From a virus (lineage: Duplodnaviria; Caudoviricetes): a stretch of 64,000 bases of DNA. Shown piece after piece: positions 1 through 9,800 of the stretch. The stretch spans positions 14,960-78,959 of IMG/VR virus record IMGVR_UViG_3300006204_000007; one strand, 5' to 3'. The translations under genes were made by a program, and so were the position numbers. Within the stretch, counting starts at the first letter, position 1, and the number at the start of each line of letters is the position of its first letter. Under the pieces are notes generated by a model. The model was not told where the DNA came from. It made no database searches and saw only the letters and a list, made by a program, of their open reading frames with translations.

Positions 1-856
1 CAGTTCCATACCGACTTGTATAGTCGGAATTTCTGATGCATATGATCATGCCTGAAAATCCTTTTGGATTTTCGATATGCTCAGAACCTTGTGTGTTATA
101 CCAGTCCGTCACATCCCACATCAGCAGAAGTTTTTGCCTGCCACCATTATCGGGAACGTTATAATTTTTCATTCTGATGTTCCCAACTATCGGTTCGTTT
201 CCCTGAATGACAGCTTCTCCGGGTATAATAGTTTTACTATTATTTCCAAAAATAAGCCAACGGCCGAGTTTATTCGAGTGAACTCCGTGGTTTATACCGC
301 CGCTTCCTATTCCGAGCCATACTTTTTCTTCGTTATCTTTGTTTTTTACGTGAAATCCTCCACCGCCAGATGGGGTAATTACATTGAGTTTCCCCGTCAT
401 GGTATCTCCAGATTTTTGCACAAAAGTCCCTTCCGCATCCGCAGCTTTCATATATCCTAAAAGTTCTGAGCTTAGCTGATCCTCCGTAACGTATCCCGAA
501 AGATCAACTTCTGCCTGCAGCTCTCCAATCTTTTCATACCCGAAATCAGGAATGTAAATGTATTCGTCATATCTGTTATCCATAGAAGCTTCTTGGTTTG
601 GCACAAGATAAAACACGCCAATCTTTCCTACAGCCGGAAGAGAAGCGACTGATTCCGCAAAGCTATAGGAAAAACCAAACTCATATCCCTTTGCGATCAT
701 CTGCCAGTATTCACTGTTCGTTGGAAGGTTACCCGTCGTATTTTTTAATGCAACATATGAAGAAAAATCATAGTACACAACATCCAGTTTTTCATATATT
801 TCTGAACTGTTATATTCCCCTTTTATCGCAAATCCGATCCTTCCTGCGTCTCTCAT
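1..856 (-). CDS. Tail fibre/receptor-binding-like protein, partial (runs off the left edge)
   Basis: Manual translation from ATG 856 (MRDAGRIGFAIKGEYNSSEIYEKLDVVYY...) stays open to position 1; N-terminus is paralogous to that of 867..2897; absent from the ORF track. Confidence 0.85.
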   Translation of the reverse strand, partial: MRDAGRIGFAIKGEYNSSEIYEKLDVVYYDFSSYVALKNTTGNLPTNSEYWQMIAKGYEFGFSYSFAESVASLPAVGKIGVFYLVPNQEASMDNRYDEYIYIPDFGYEKIGELQAEVDLSGYVTEDQLSSELLGYMKAADAEGTFVQKSGDTMTGKLNVITPSGGGGFHVKNKDNEEKVWLGIGSGGINHGVHSNKLGRWLIFGNNSKTIIPGEAVIQGNEPIVGNIRMKNYNVPDNGGRQKLLLMWDVTDWYNTQGSEHIENPKGFSGMIICIRNSDYTSRYGT

Positions 857-866
857 AATCCTGCCC

Positions 867-2897
867 TCACTTTAACACGATACTGACAATATTATCTGTT
901 ACCCGTTCTATCACCATATAGGTATCAAATCCGCGCTCTTCTGCGAGTGTAGCAATACCTCCGTCTGCACAGCGGCAATATCTTCCGACTTCGCACGTAC
1001 CGTCGTCGCGGACGGGAAGAACCCCAACCATTCCGACTGCGTCCCACTCGGGGCGATCAAGGCGGAAGGTATACGGAGCGTCGGAATCGTAGTCAGGATT
1101 GACTCTGTAAAACTCCACGTCCACCTCACGTTCGACCTCTGTCACATTTCCGCCTTCGTCAATGGATGGCTCATTGACCGTTTCTTTGTGGGTTTCTTTG
1201 ATAAACGTCCCAAATTCGTCCCGCATGAACTGGCCGTGCCACTCCATATCGGCGTTACCGATCACCGACGGGTTGCCGGATATAATTCCAACTACGTAAT
1301 CACCCGCAGATGCCTTCTTTATCCGTTTCCCGTACATTGTCACAAAGTAGCCGCGCCGATCTTCATTATCGGGATTGCCGTCTGCCCATTCGAAAAGCTC
1401 TGCGTAGTCTGCTCCTGTGGAAGAGTATGCCTGCTTGCACCAAAGTTTTCCGTTGTAATCTATTCTTACTGCATTGCTTTTTCCAGAATCAGCTCCGTTT
1501 CCAATTACAAACGCTGAGCCGGTTCCTGTGCCAGAATATTTTCCTCCTGTAGCTAATTCTGTATTATTGTAATGACCAATAGCGAGTTGGTCATATAATG
1601 CTTCTGTTTTATATCCCATAGCGTGAGACCTGCTCCCACTTGCTATGGTTTCATTTCCTTCTGCAAAAGACTGTGAACCGCTTGCTAGCGTATTTGATCC
1701 TCCCGCGTGAGAATGATCACCTGTAGCTTTTGCTTTATATCCTTCTGAGTGAGAACATTCCCCTCTTGCTTCTGTCATATACCCTTCAGAGTGTGCATAG
1801 TTATTTGCGGAAATGCTTATTCTTCCTTCCGAATGGCACCCCGGATAATTTCCTTCAGATTTTACAATCGTAGCAAAAATAACAAAATAATTTGACGTTG
1901 GAATATCTTCATTTACAATAATTGATTTCCCATCGCTTCCTTTTTCGGAAACCGTGTATATAGAAGCGATATCTATATAGTGCGTATTTTGCACAAAAAG
2001 TTTTGACCCTACTTCTAAAGTCGAAAAAGCGTCGGAGAATCCATAGTATGTATTGTCAAATGTAAATTTTTTAGCCGTCGAGTCATAGCTTGCAATTTTA
2101 AAAACATATTTTGTTCCTGCTATATTCTGGCAATTTTCCGCGTGGGATCCTGATCCAAATGCTATATTGCCGCAGCCTTCTGAAAAACAATAGATATCTA
2201 CAGAAGCTAAATGGCTTCCTAAAGCCATAGAACTATAACCCATAGTATTGCATTCTTTTCCGAAGGAAATAGAATTATCGCCGCTTGCTTTGTTGTTGTA
2301 TCCGCCTGAAAAAGAATTAATTCCGGCTACTATATTTGTGTCACCGATAGCCATTGACTTTTGTCCAGTTACATCAAGGTTATTCCCAAACGCAAAACTT
2401 TTTTTACCAACAACCGTCTCATCTTTCCTGCCAAGGCTGACTGCATCATCACCATAAATCGCCTTGGACGCAAAATCTCCATCCGCGCTTCCACCAGCCA
2501 AATGCATCGTTCCATCTTCATCCACCGTAATTGTCGTACCATCTGGCTTACCAATACCCGCTCTAAAAGTCGTCATTGTTTTAATGCCGATATCTGCAAG
2601 CGTTTTATTCCCTTCTAAAACAACATTGTTAATTTTTGGCTTGTTATCCAGATCGTCATAATCAGTCGTTCCACCGGAAGAGCCTCCCGCACTAGCGGAT
2701 GCCAATATCTGCCAAAACTCATTGTCATTTACAGGAACATTTCCGGTTGTATCCTTTTTCGCTACATAAGAAGACCCGTTATAATAAACAACATCAAGAA
2801 AACCATATGTTTCTTCTTCCCGATATTCTCCTTTTACCAGAAACCCAATTCTTCCTGCATCTCCGTTTATTACTTCGCTCATAACGATAACCCCCAT
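867..2897 (-). CDS. Tail fibre/spike with SHAEG-type beta-roll repeats and C-terminal peptidase G2-like intramolecular chaperone
   Basis: Repeated S(H/F)(A/S)EG motifs; C-terminal GADYAELFEWADGNPDNEDRRGYFV motif; position after the tail hub. Confidence 0.8.
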   Translation of the reverse strand: MGVIVMSEVINGDAGRIGFLVKGEYREEETYGFLDVVYYNGSSYVAKKDTTGNVPVNDNEFWQILASASAGGSSGGTTDYDDLDNKPKINNVVLEGNKTLADIGIKTMTTFRAGIGKPDGTTITVDEDGTMHLAGGSADGDFASKAIYGDDAVSLGRKDETVVGKKSFAFGNNLDVTGQKSMAIGDTNIVAGINSFSGGYNNKASGDNSISFGKECNTMGYSSMALGSHLASVDIYCFSEGCGNIAFGSGSHAENCQNIAGTKYVFKIASYDSTAKKFTFDNTYYGFSDAFSTLEVGSKLFVQNTHYIDIASIYTVSEKGSDGKSIIVNEDIPTSNYFVIFATIVKSEGNYPGCHSEGRISISANNYAHSEGYMTEARGECSHSEGYKAKATGDHSHAGGSNTLASGSQSFAEGNETIASGSRSHAMGYKTEALYDQLAIGHYNNTELATGGKYSGTGTGSAFVIGNGADSGKSNAVRIDYNGKLWCKQAYSSTGADYAELFEWADGNPDNEDRRGYFVTMYGKRIKKASAGDYVVGIISGNPSVIGNADMEWHGQFMRDEFGTFIKETHKETVNEPSIDEGGNVTEVEREVDVEFYRVNPDYDSDAPYTFRLDRPEWDAVGMVGVLPVRDDGTCEVGRYCRCADGGIATLAEERGFDTYMVIERVTDNIVSIVLK

Positions 2898-3415
2898 AAC
2901 AAATGCCCGTTGTTATCAACTTCAAAATCAAACTTCCCGCCAGAATACAGAAGGTGCCCCGTTCCAAAATCAATAGTAAAAGCCGGCTTTGAAAGATCAA
3001 TCGCATTCTCCGCGACTTCGCTCCATTTTTTGGACTGCTCGCTGTAGTATTTGCTGTTGTCAGTATCTTCTCCCACGCGCGTACCAGTTCCGCCTACGGC
3101 CCATGACCTGGATTCTTTGGAGTATGTTCCTGCGTGGTTTTCATGTTGTTCAGCAAGAATCACAAACGCTTCCACCGCGGCCTGAATATCTTGGCATTCT
3201 TTCAGAATCTCTCGTATAAGCTCCATATCTTTCTCAAACGCCTCATATGTAGCCATTCGTAAAACGAACCCGGGCCGGAAGCACATCCAAACCTTTTTTG
3301 AGTCTGTTGATACCGCCCATTCCCCCGCGGTCATCTGGTCGGGATCAAAAAGTTCTTCGGCGCCGCGGCGCATTTGAATTGTTGCTAAAGTTGTGGTTGC
3401 TGATCTGAGTGCCAT
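2879..3415 (-). CDS. Tail protein with Mtd-N/hyaluronidase-like N-terminal anchor
   Basis: IQMRRG..FDPDQM..GEWAVS motif; paralog of the N-terminal part of 53371..54483. Confidence 0.7.
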   Translation of the reverse strand: MALRSATTTLATIQMRRGAEELFDPDQMTAGEWAVSTDSKKVWMCFRPGFVLRMATYEAFEKDMELIREILKECQDIQAAVEAFVILAEQHENHAGTYSKESRSWAVGGTGTRVGEDTDNSKYYSEQSKKWSEVAENAIDLSKPAFTIDFGTGHLLYSGGKFDFEVDNNGHLLWGLSL

Positions 3416-3418
3416 AGG

Positions 3419-3613
3419 CTACCCCTCCACGATTCCCTGCGCGAAATCTTCCAATTCTGAAATGATTCCAAGCGCGTTACCGTCTACTACTACACGGTTC
3501 GCCCTCTCATTTTCCTTGATGATATTTCCGCTATCATCAATTTCGGAAAAAGTGAGGGAAAGCCGCTTGCCCTCTGCCGTTGTAAGGATTGTCATGCTCG
3601 TTACTTTTTTCAT
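3419..3613 (-). CDS. Small conserved tail-region protein
   Basis: Paralog at 54483..54683; stop/start coupling with neighbours. Confidence 0.75.
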   Translation of the reverse strand: MKKVTSMTILTTAEGKRLSLTFSEIDDSGNIIKENERANRVVVDGNALGIISELEDFAQGIVEG

Positions 3614-6036
3614 ACCTTCATTACCTCCGCATAATAATTGTTTATGTAATCCTGCGCTTCTTTCTCGTAATCTACCCCGCCGTATGTCCTGTCCAGAGTA
3701 AATTTTTCCAGACGCTCTGACTCAAAACCGCACTGCCGCGCCTTTAATTCCCACCCAAACCTAAGATTCGGCGTTCCTTTGACAAGGAGGTAAGCCGGAT
3801 GCCTTTCTTCTACCCAAGCATCCCCTGCCCCATACTTTTGCAGAAATACTTGGTACTGGCAGTTCGTATTGACAGTCTCAAGGAAAATATCATCCACGAA
3901 TATGTAGCATGTCCCGTTTTCATCCAGCGTGGCTTCTCCAATATCTCCAAAATATGGTTTTGGGGTTTCGTAACAGTAAAGAAGCCGGTCTGAGTAGTCT
4001 TCTGTTTTTACTACTCTGTTTTTCTGACCTCCACTCGCAAAACCTCCGCTTGTGTAAAGCAATTCTTTTGTTGCTTCAAAAAACATTTCTTCGGATGCTC
4101 CAGAATCGTATGACATTGCTATCTTGTTCGCTCTGTAGTACGATGTATAATTGCTTTTTGATAGTTTTAAATAATTCGGAGCAAGGTATGAAGCGTCACT
4201 GCCATACTTAATATCAATTGAGCTTGTTTCGCTAGAGGATGTGCTTACTTTAAAAGAACCGCCTGTTATCTCCGCGCTGGCAGACTTTATCTCTCCTTCG
4301 AAATATCCATTTGTTGCTCTTAAACCATTTTTATCAAATCTACCTACCTCTAACCCATTACCATCATATACAACCAACGAACCGTTTTTGTTATTCAATC
4401 CACCAAGGTACAAATCAGTTCCACGGATGCTCCCTTTGTAAACCGTAAGACCTGTGTTGTCCATCCTCGTCAAAAGGTCGCCAGACGCGTTTACAAGGTT
4501 CAACACACCGTCTTCGTTGTTTATCCCACCAAGCGTCAGCGTGCCACTCCTTATCCAGTCTGCTACAATCCCTATTGCGTACAGGACATTCACTACCACG
4601 TTTCCATTTTTATCAAACCCTGCCGTGTAACTTTGTCCGCCGTCCGTTGAGATAAAAAAGCCGTCTATCGTCTGCTTATAGATGGTTTTGGAATCCTCCA
4701 GCGCGGGTTTATCGTGCAAATACACAATTCGGCTCCCGTCCGCCATATCCTCTACGGTGGTATGAAAACCCATGGCGTTCATTGCAAGCTGGTTCATTTG
4801 CTGCACGGCCTTATCATAAGTAGAAATTTGCTTTTCAGCGTTCTTTCTTGCTTCCGCCACTGCCGCCTGCACCGTGGGGGATATGTACTCGCTCCCGTTC
4901 CGCACTGGGTCTTCTGCCTGACATGATACTGCAGTATAGGCTCCGATCTTATACGATATCGAATTAACAATTGAATTATATACATTTCCATTTCTGTCGG
5001 ACACCATGACAACCTCAAACGGCTCATACAAGGGATTGCCAAGTATCTGAGCGGAGAACGGCCGGAATGTAATTCCAACCATACGTCCGCCAAGATACGC
5101 TGCGACTTCTGACTCCTTCCCGTCCACGAATGGATTGCCTTTTACAACAATCGCATACCCCTCTTCTCCAAACAGGGCCGTCACGCCGTCCTTGCCGATC
5201 ACCTTTACCCCTGTGATTACCACGTCGTCCGTATGAACATTAAGGGATTTAATGCGGAAAATGTGTTCCGGTCGCGGGTCGGTGAACTCGCCGCCAGACA
5301 CGTGCTCTCCCTGTCCGTAATTGGTAAAGTCCCCTCCGTCAAGTATGGTATCGTGAGGGTAGGTCTTAAAGCTCCCACCATTGTAATTGTACCAATTAAG
5401 AAGAGACGTGTTGTACCAAATTAACTGCATATAGCCGTCATTGTCGATTCTGGCATTGTGCCCGGACACTTGACAGGCATATGACAATACTTGTCTGTAA
5501 GTCAGATTTTCCGGCTTTTCTTTTACAGTGTAGGTATAGTTGTCAAACTGCTGGAAACCCGCTGGTATGCCGCAGTCAAGACATATATCAGATATAATAC
5601 TCTGTAAGGTGGCCGGATAAACCGTAGTCGCGGCGTAAGGCCGGTCAAGACGGTACATAGCGTCCACTGCGGATATCTCTATAATGCCCCCCTGAGTCTG
5701 CGGCACTGTGGCGTAGTACTTTCCTTTACGGATTTTCTCGATTGTACCATCATCCAAAAGCATGGCAACATAGATTACGATAGTAGACATGTAAAAATCA
5801 TAAGAAGAAAACCGCTCGTCATCGTTTTCCAGACGGATATTCAAAGTCTTTCCAATACAGAACCCGACACCAAACTTTCCGTCAGAAGTCTTGTCCTCAA
5901 TTTGACAGCCGCCGATCATAAAATCTCTTGGTTCAAGATGCAGTACGGTACCGTCTGACAGAGTCACGTCTGCATAATTTACGACCGCCGCGCCGTTTTT
6001 TAGTTTTTCCTTAAATTCCTTACTTGCATTTATCAT
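3610..6036 (-). CDS. Tail tip/baseplate hub (Tal-like) protein
   Basis: 808 aa after Dit-like gene; paralog at 54680..57304 with a conserved N-terminal ~500 aa and divergent C-terminal part. Confidence 0.75.
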   Translation of the reverse strand: MINASKEFKEKLKNGAAVVNYADVTLSDGTVLHLEPRDFMIGGCQIEDKTSDGKFGVGFCIGKTLNIRLENDDERFSSYDFYMSTIVIYVAMLLDDGTIEKIRKGKYYATVPQTQGGIIEISAVDAMYRLDRPYAATTVYPATLQSIISDICLDCGIPAGFQQFDNYTYTVKEKPENLTYRQVLSYACQVSGHNARIDNDGYMQLIWYNTSLLNWYNYNGGSFKTYPHDTILDGGDFTNYGQGEHVSGGEFTDPRPEHIFRIKSLNVHTDDVVITGVKVIGKDGVTALFGEEGYAIVVKGNPFVDGKESEVAAYLGGRMVGITFRPFSAQILGNPLYEPFEVVMVSDRNGNVYNSIVNSISYKIGAYTAVSCQAEDPVRNGSEYISPTVQAAVAEARKNAEKQISTYDKAVQQMNQLAMNAMGFHTTVEDMADGSRIVYLHDKPALEDSKTIYKQTIDGFFISTDGGQSYTAGFDKNGNVVVNVLYAIGIVADWIRSGTLTLGGINNEDGVLNLVNASGDLLTRMDNTGLTVYKGSIRGTDLYLGGLNNKNGSLVVYDGNGLEVGRFDKNGLRATNGYFEGEIKSASAEITGGSFKVSTSSSETSSIDIKYGSDASYLAPNYLKLSKSNYTSYYRANKIAMSYDSGASEEMFFEATKELLYTSGGFASGGQKNRVVKTEDYSDRLLYCYETPKPYFGDIGEATLDENGTCYIFVDDIFLETVNTNCQYQVFLQKYGAGDAWVEERHPAYLLVKGTPNLRFGWELKARQCGFESERLEKFTLDRTYGGVDYEKEAQDYINNYYAEVMKV

Positions 6037-6404
6037 ACTGGATTAATCACCACCGCATTAAATGATAGGCTTTCCCATGTATCACGCCCGTTTACATGTT
6101 TCAAACTTCCAAAAGGATAATTTGATGTATAAAACTGTCCAACCGTCCATTGACCTGTAAGAGGATTAAGATACCGCAGACTGTATTCGCTTTTGTTCAT
6201 AACCTGTGCCAAGATAAGCGCAGCTTCTTCCGGCTCTATGTACTTCCACTCAAAGGAATAGCTCGAGATCGTTCCTATCGGCGTATTGTGCATCACCAAA
6301 TCTTGTGTTCTGTCCGAATCTTCCGTGGAAGTCGTGGCGAAATTTGGCTTGAACGTATCTGGCGTTTTGACTGGTATTCCGTTAAATTCAAATGGTCTGT
6401 CCAT
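6033..6404 (-). CDS. Distal tail (Dit-like) protein
   Basis: Position right after the tape measure gene; paralog at 57301..57672. Confidence 0.7.
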   Translation of the reverse strand: MDRPFEFNGIPVKTPDTFKPNFATTSTEDSDRTQDLVMHNTPIGTISSYSFEWKYIEPEEAALILAQVMNKSEYSLRYLNPLTGQWTVGQFYTSNYPFGSLKHVNGRDTWESLSFNAVVINPV

Positions 6405-6413
6405 AACACCCTC

Positions 6414-9400
6414 CTACGTCGTTCCAAGGTCAAACGGATTTCTTCCACTAGCCATCATCCGTGTCTTACCTTCTTCTATAATCATGTCAAATATCACCCC
6501 GCCGTTTGCTATTGCCTTTACACTGTATGTATTTCCACCGTTGCTACCGCCGTTTCCTACTGCGCCTACCTTTGCCATAGCATTTATAACAGCCTGTTCA
6601 ATCGTAGATAACGGAGACACAACCTCTGTTTCACGCGGATTATCTCCCAACCATGCCAGATGTCGTTTCATGCTTGTAGGAATGACCTGTCCCGTTGCGT
6701 ATCCCGGTATCTCGATGTTTGCCAGCTTTGCAATCGCGGGGTGGACGGATGGAGCCGACATGGAGCGCATGGAGTAGGATCGGGCGGAGTAAGTCTGGCC
6801 AGAGTCGCCTCCACCGCCACTAAAGAAGTCTCCTACTTTTTCCTTCATATTCCTGAATCTATCAATAATCTTATCTATCTGGTCAGTTATCCAGCCAACC
6901 GCCCTTTCTATCGTTCCTGTTATTCCGTCAAATACCGTCTCTACAATGTTCTTTGCGTGTTCCCACGCGCCAGACCAATCACCTCTAAGAAGGTCAGCAA
7001 CAAGCCCCACTGTGTCCTTTATAACATCAAATAAACCACCGATTACATCTATTACCCATCCTACTAAATCAATAGTTGTGTTGAAAACTTCATCTATTAT
7101 AGGGAGAAGCACAGGGAGAATTGTGTCAACAATCCATCCCGCTATCGGAATAAGAACATCTTCCCACAAGGCTTTCAAAAGCTCCATCAACTTATCGATG
7201 CACGGCTTAAGGTGTTCCTCCCAAAGCTCCTTAAATTTCTGTCCCCATTCTTCAAGCATTGGCTTAAGATTTTCCTGCCAAAACTCTATAAATTTCTCCT
7301 TAAGTTCCTCCACTTTCTGCCGAAATTCTTCTGAGGTCTGGTATCCGTAAACAAATCCCGCCGCCAACGCAGCTACAGCCGCAACTACAAGACCAATCGG
7401 TGATAATAAAAACGATATCACACCACCAAGACCAGATATTGCGCCAGAAAGAATTGTAATAACGGGGTGTAGTAGGGAAAGCGCACCCTTTAACATGTTT
7501 GCTACGCCAGAAAGCGCAGAAAATCCTGTTGATATAAACGTAAGTGCCGCCCCTGCACCCTTAAGCGCAATTATAGCAATAGCAATCTTTTCAAAGCCAT
7601 CCGCGACTTCCTGCGGACTGACATTGTCCATCCAGTCTTCTATCATTGCGAGAAAATCTTTAAGAGCCTGACTGTTTAGGAATCCGGCCAAAACCTCTGA
7701 CAATCTTCCTATAAATATTATGAGTCCTTCGCCCACCGTCTCCGCAAATGGTTCCAAATGTTCCCAGAGTTCCGCAAAATTTGCCCTAAGAGATTCCCAG
7801 TCAACCATTTCATTAAAATCAATAAACACTTGCAGTAAATCCGGCAATCCTTTTTCTAAAACCCATTGACCAATCGGAAGAAGTACTTTCTCGTAAAAAT
7901 CCGTCATTATTCCGCTCAGAGTATCAATGACTGGTACAAGTGAAGCTGTCCACTCTTCAAATTTTGTAAGAAGTGGGGAAAAATCTATTTTTGAAGACCA
8001 TTCTACGGTTGCATCTGCGGCATGTCGTATATTTTCAACAATCGCGCCGATTATGTCCCGTATATTTTCAAGAATATGTAACCCCGTGTCGTTCTCGTTC
8101 CACGCTTCCCTGAACTTTCCCGCAAGATTACCAACCACAAGCCCGATATCGCCAATGATATGCAATATATTCTCGAATATCCTTATAGTACCCTCTTGCT
8201 GCCATACTGTAAGGAAATCACGCCCTATGTCTTTAATCAGTTTCCATACTTCATCAAGGGCGTATTTCCATGAATCCATGACAAATTTTCCTTCTCTGCT
8301 CCAAGCCTCCTTAAGAGGATTAAACAGACTTGTCAAGATTCCTTTTACTTTCTCGGCCATCTGCCTAAATTTATCTGATAAGCCTGATTCATCTATATTT
8401 GGCTTAACATTGACTTCCATATCCAAATTACCGAGGTTCCAAAAGTCAATATTTTCCAAATCAGACAATAACTCATCGTCTTTTCCTGCTGAATATTTGT
8501 TTATTTCATCAAGAGGGGACAAATATCCTTCCAGTGACTTCTCTGCATCCTGCGCCGCGTCAGATACATCTTCAAGTGAGCCAGTTATTCCCTCGGCGGT
8601 ATCAACATATTTATTTCCCGCTCCAGAACCGCCAGAAGAACTTTTCCCGAAAAACGATTCCGTAAATGACTTAAAAGCATTCGCTACTACCTTTAACTTC
8701 TCCAATAAGGTATTAAGCATTTTCAAAAGAGGATTAAGTACATTTATAAGTCCCTGGCCGATGGTTGCCTTAAGGCTTTCGATCTGCAATTTCAGAATCC
8801 TTGTCTGGTTCGCCCAGCTATCCTGCGTGCGGATAAAGTCGCCGGAAGCGCCGGACAGTTTTTCGGTAACAAACTGATACCGCAATGCGACTTTTTCTAG
8901 CTCAGTCATTTTGCTTACGGTTTTTCCTATACCCTTTGCCATTGCATAGGAATTAAGAGCGTTTTCCGTCATGACAACGCCAAGGTCTTTTAGAGTCTCC
9001 GTTTCTCCTGTAAAAACGGATTTCAGCTTTGTGTAGGCCTCGTCCTGGGATATGTTATAGAAGGATGCAACATCACCAGCCAGCTGCGTAAGCGTAGTTG
9101 ACATTCCAAAAGCTGCATCTTCCGCAAACCCAAATGATTTCGCCATTGCCCCGAATGTTCCAGCGTAACGCTTCGCCATTGTTTCGGACAAACCCGCAGA
9201 TTTCGCGGCGTTTATGGCAAATTCATTTATCTTGTCCGACATGGTGGTAAATGTAACATCAACTACGTTCTGCACTTCTTCCAGATCGGAACCCAATTCT
9301 GTCATTGATGAAGCAAAACCAGCGATTTTTCGTACAGCAAAAACAGAAGCTATAGTTGCGCCGAGGTTCCTGAAAGAGTCAGATACGCCGTTTACGCTCC

Positions 9401-9641
9401 CTTTTATCTTTGATGCTTCTTTTCTAATTCCGGCCCCGACACTTCTAAATTTGCTCCCAACACTTGAAATTTTGCTGTTAAGTCCAGACAACGCGCCTTG
9501 TACGCCGGATTTAAGCTGTCCAAAACCACCTTTCATTTCGGACACTCCTTTTTTTATTCCTTCTGTATTAATTTTTGTATTTATCCGAATTGACCCGTCA
9601 TACTGTGCCATAAAACCACCCGTAAAATAAAAAAGTGCCAC
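6414..9641 (-). CDS. Tape measure protein (probable start ATG 9611, MAQYDGSIRI)
   Basis: >1000 aa helical protein with Trp-spaced repeats; same N-terminus as 57685..61188. Confidence 0.92.
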   Translation of the reverse strand: MALFYFTGGFMAQYDGSIRINTKINTEGIKKGVSEMKGGFGQLKSGVQGALSGLNSKISSVGSKFRSVGAGIRKEASKIKGSVNGVSDSFRNLGATIASVFAVRKIAGFASSMTELGSDLEEVQNVVDVTFTTMSDKINEFAINAAKSAGLSETMAKRYAGTFGAMAKSFGFAEDAAFGMSTTLTQLAGDVASFYNISQDEAYTKLKSVFTGETETLKDLGVVMTENALNSYAMAKGIGKTVSKMTELEKVALRYQFVTEKLSGASGDFIRTQDSWANQTRILKLQIESLKATIGQGLINVLNPLLKMLNTLLEKLKVVANAFKSFTESFFGKSSSGGSGAGNKYVDTAEGITGSLEDVSDAAQDAEKSLEGYLSPLDEINKYSAGKDDELLSDLENIDFWNLGNLDMEVNVKPNIDESGLSDKFRQMAEKVKGILTSLFNPLKEAWSREGKFVMDSWKYALDEVWKLIKDIGRDFLTVWQQEGTIRIFENILHIIGDIGLVVGNLAGKFREAWNENDTGLHILENIRDIIGAIVENIRHAADATVEWSSKIDFSPLLTKFEEWTASLVPVIDTLSGIMTDFYEKVLLPIGQWVLEKGLPDLLQVFIDFNEMVDWESLRANFAELWEHLEPFAETVGEGLIIFIGRLSEVLAGFLNSQALKDFLAMIEDWMDNVSPQEVADGFEKIAIAIIALKGAGAALTFISTGFSALSGVANMLKGALSLLHPVITILSGAISGLGGVISFLLSPIGLVVAAVAALAAGFVYGYQTSEEFRQKVEELKEKFIEFWQENLKPMLEEWGQKFKELWEEHLKPCIDKLMELLKALWEDVLIPIAGWIVDTILPVLLPIIDEVFNTTIDLVGWVIDVIGGLFDVIKDTVGLVADLLRGDWSGAWEHAKNIVETVFDGITGTIERAVGWITDQIDKIIDRFRNMKEKVGDFFSGGGGDSGQTYSARSYSMRSMSAPSVHPAIAKLANIEIPGYATGQVIPTSMKRHLAWLGDNPRETEVVSPLSTIEQAVINAMAKVGAVGNGGSNGGNTYSVKAIANGGVIFDMIIEEGKTRMMASGRNPFDLGTT

Positions 9642-9669
9642 AGACGCGCATTACACGCATCCATGACAC
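9629..9669 (-). promoter_or_regulatory. GTGTCA...TGGCAC hairpin plus U-tract in the tape measure leader
   Basis: Two-part stem followed by TTTTTT about 20 nt before the start; equivalent element at 61206..61246. Confidence 0.6.
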
Positions 9670-9723
9670 CTATTAGTCCTTACCCTATGCCAATTCATAG
9701 GTCGCTTTGATTTAGTTATGATT

Positions 9724-9756
9724 ATTGTACCATTATTTGAGAATGAATTTGTACCA
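9724..9756 (-). promoter_or_regulatory. TGGTACAA-N19-TACAAT promoter upstream of tape measure gene
   Basis: Box 9749..9756, -10 at 9724..9729, exact 19-nt gap. Confidence 0.8.
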
Positions 9757-9800
9757 AATTACAAATAAAGAATATCTTCCTCGTTTTTTTATTTTATCTG

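Noticed and set aside
5742-5749. Extra TGGTACAA box (also TGGTACAT at ~10440, ~30488, ~47419 and plus-strand TGGTACAA at ~7933)
   Set aside because: No TAnnAT hexamer at the 19-nt spacing; not counted in the regulon.
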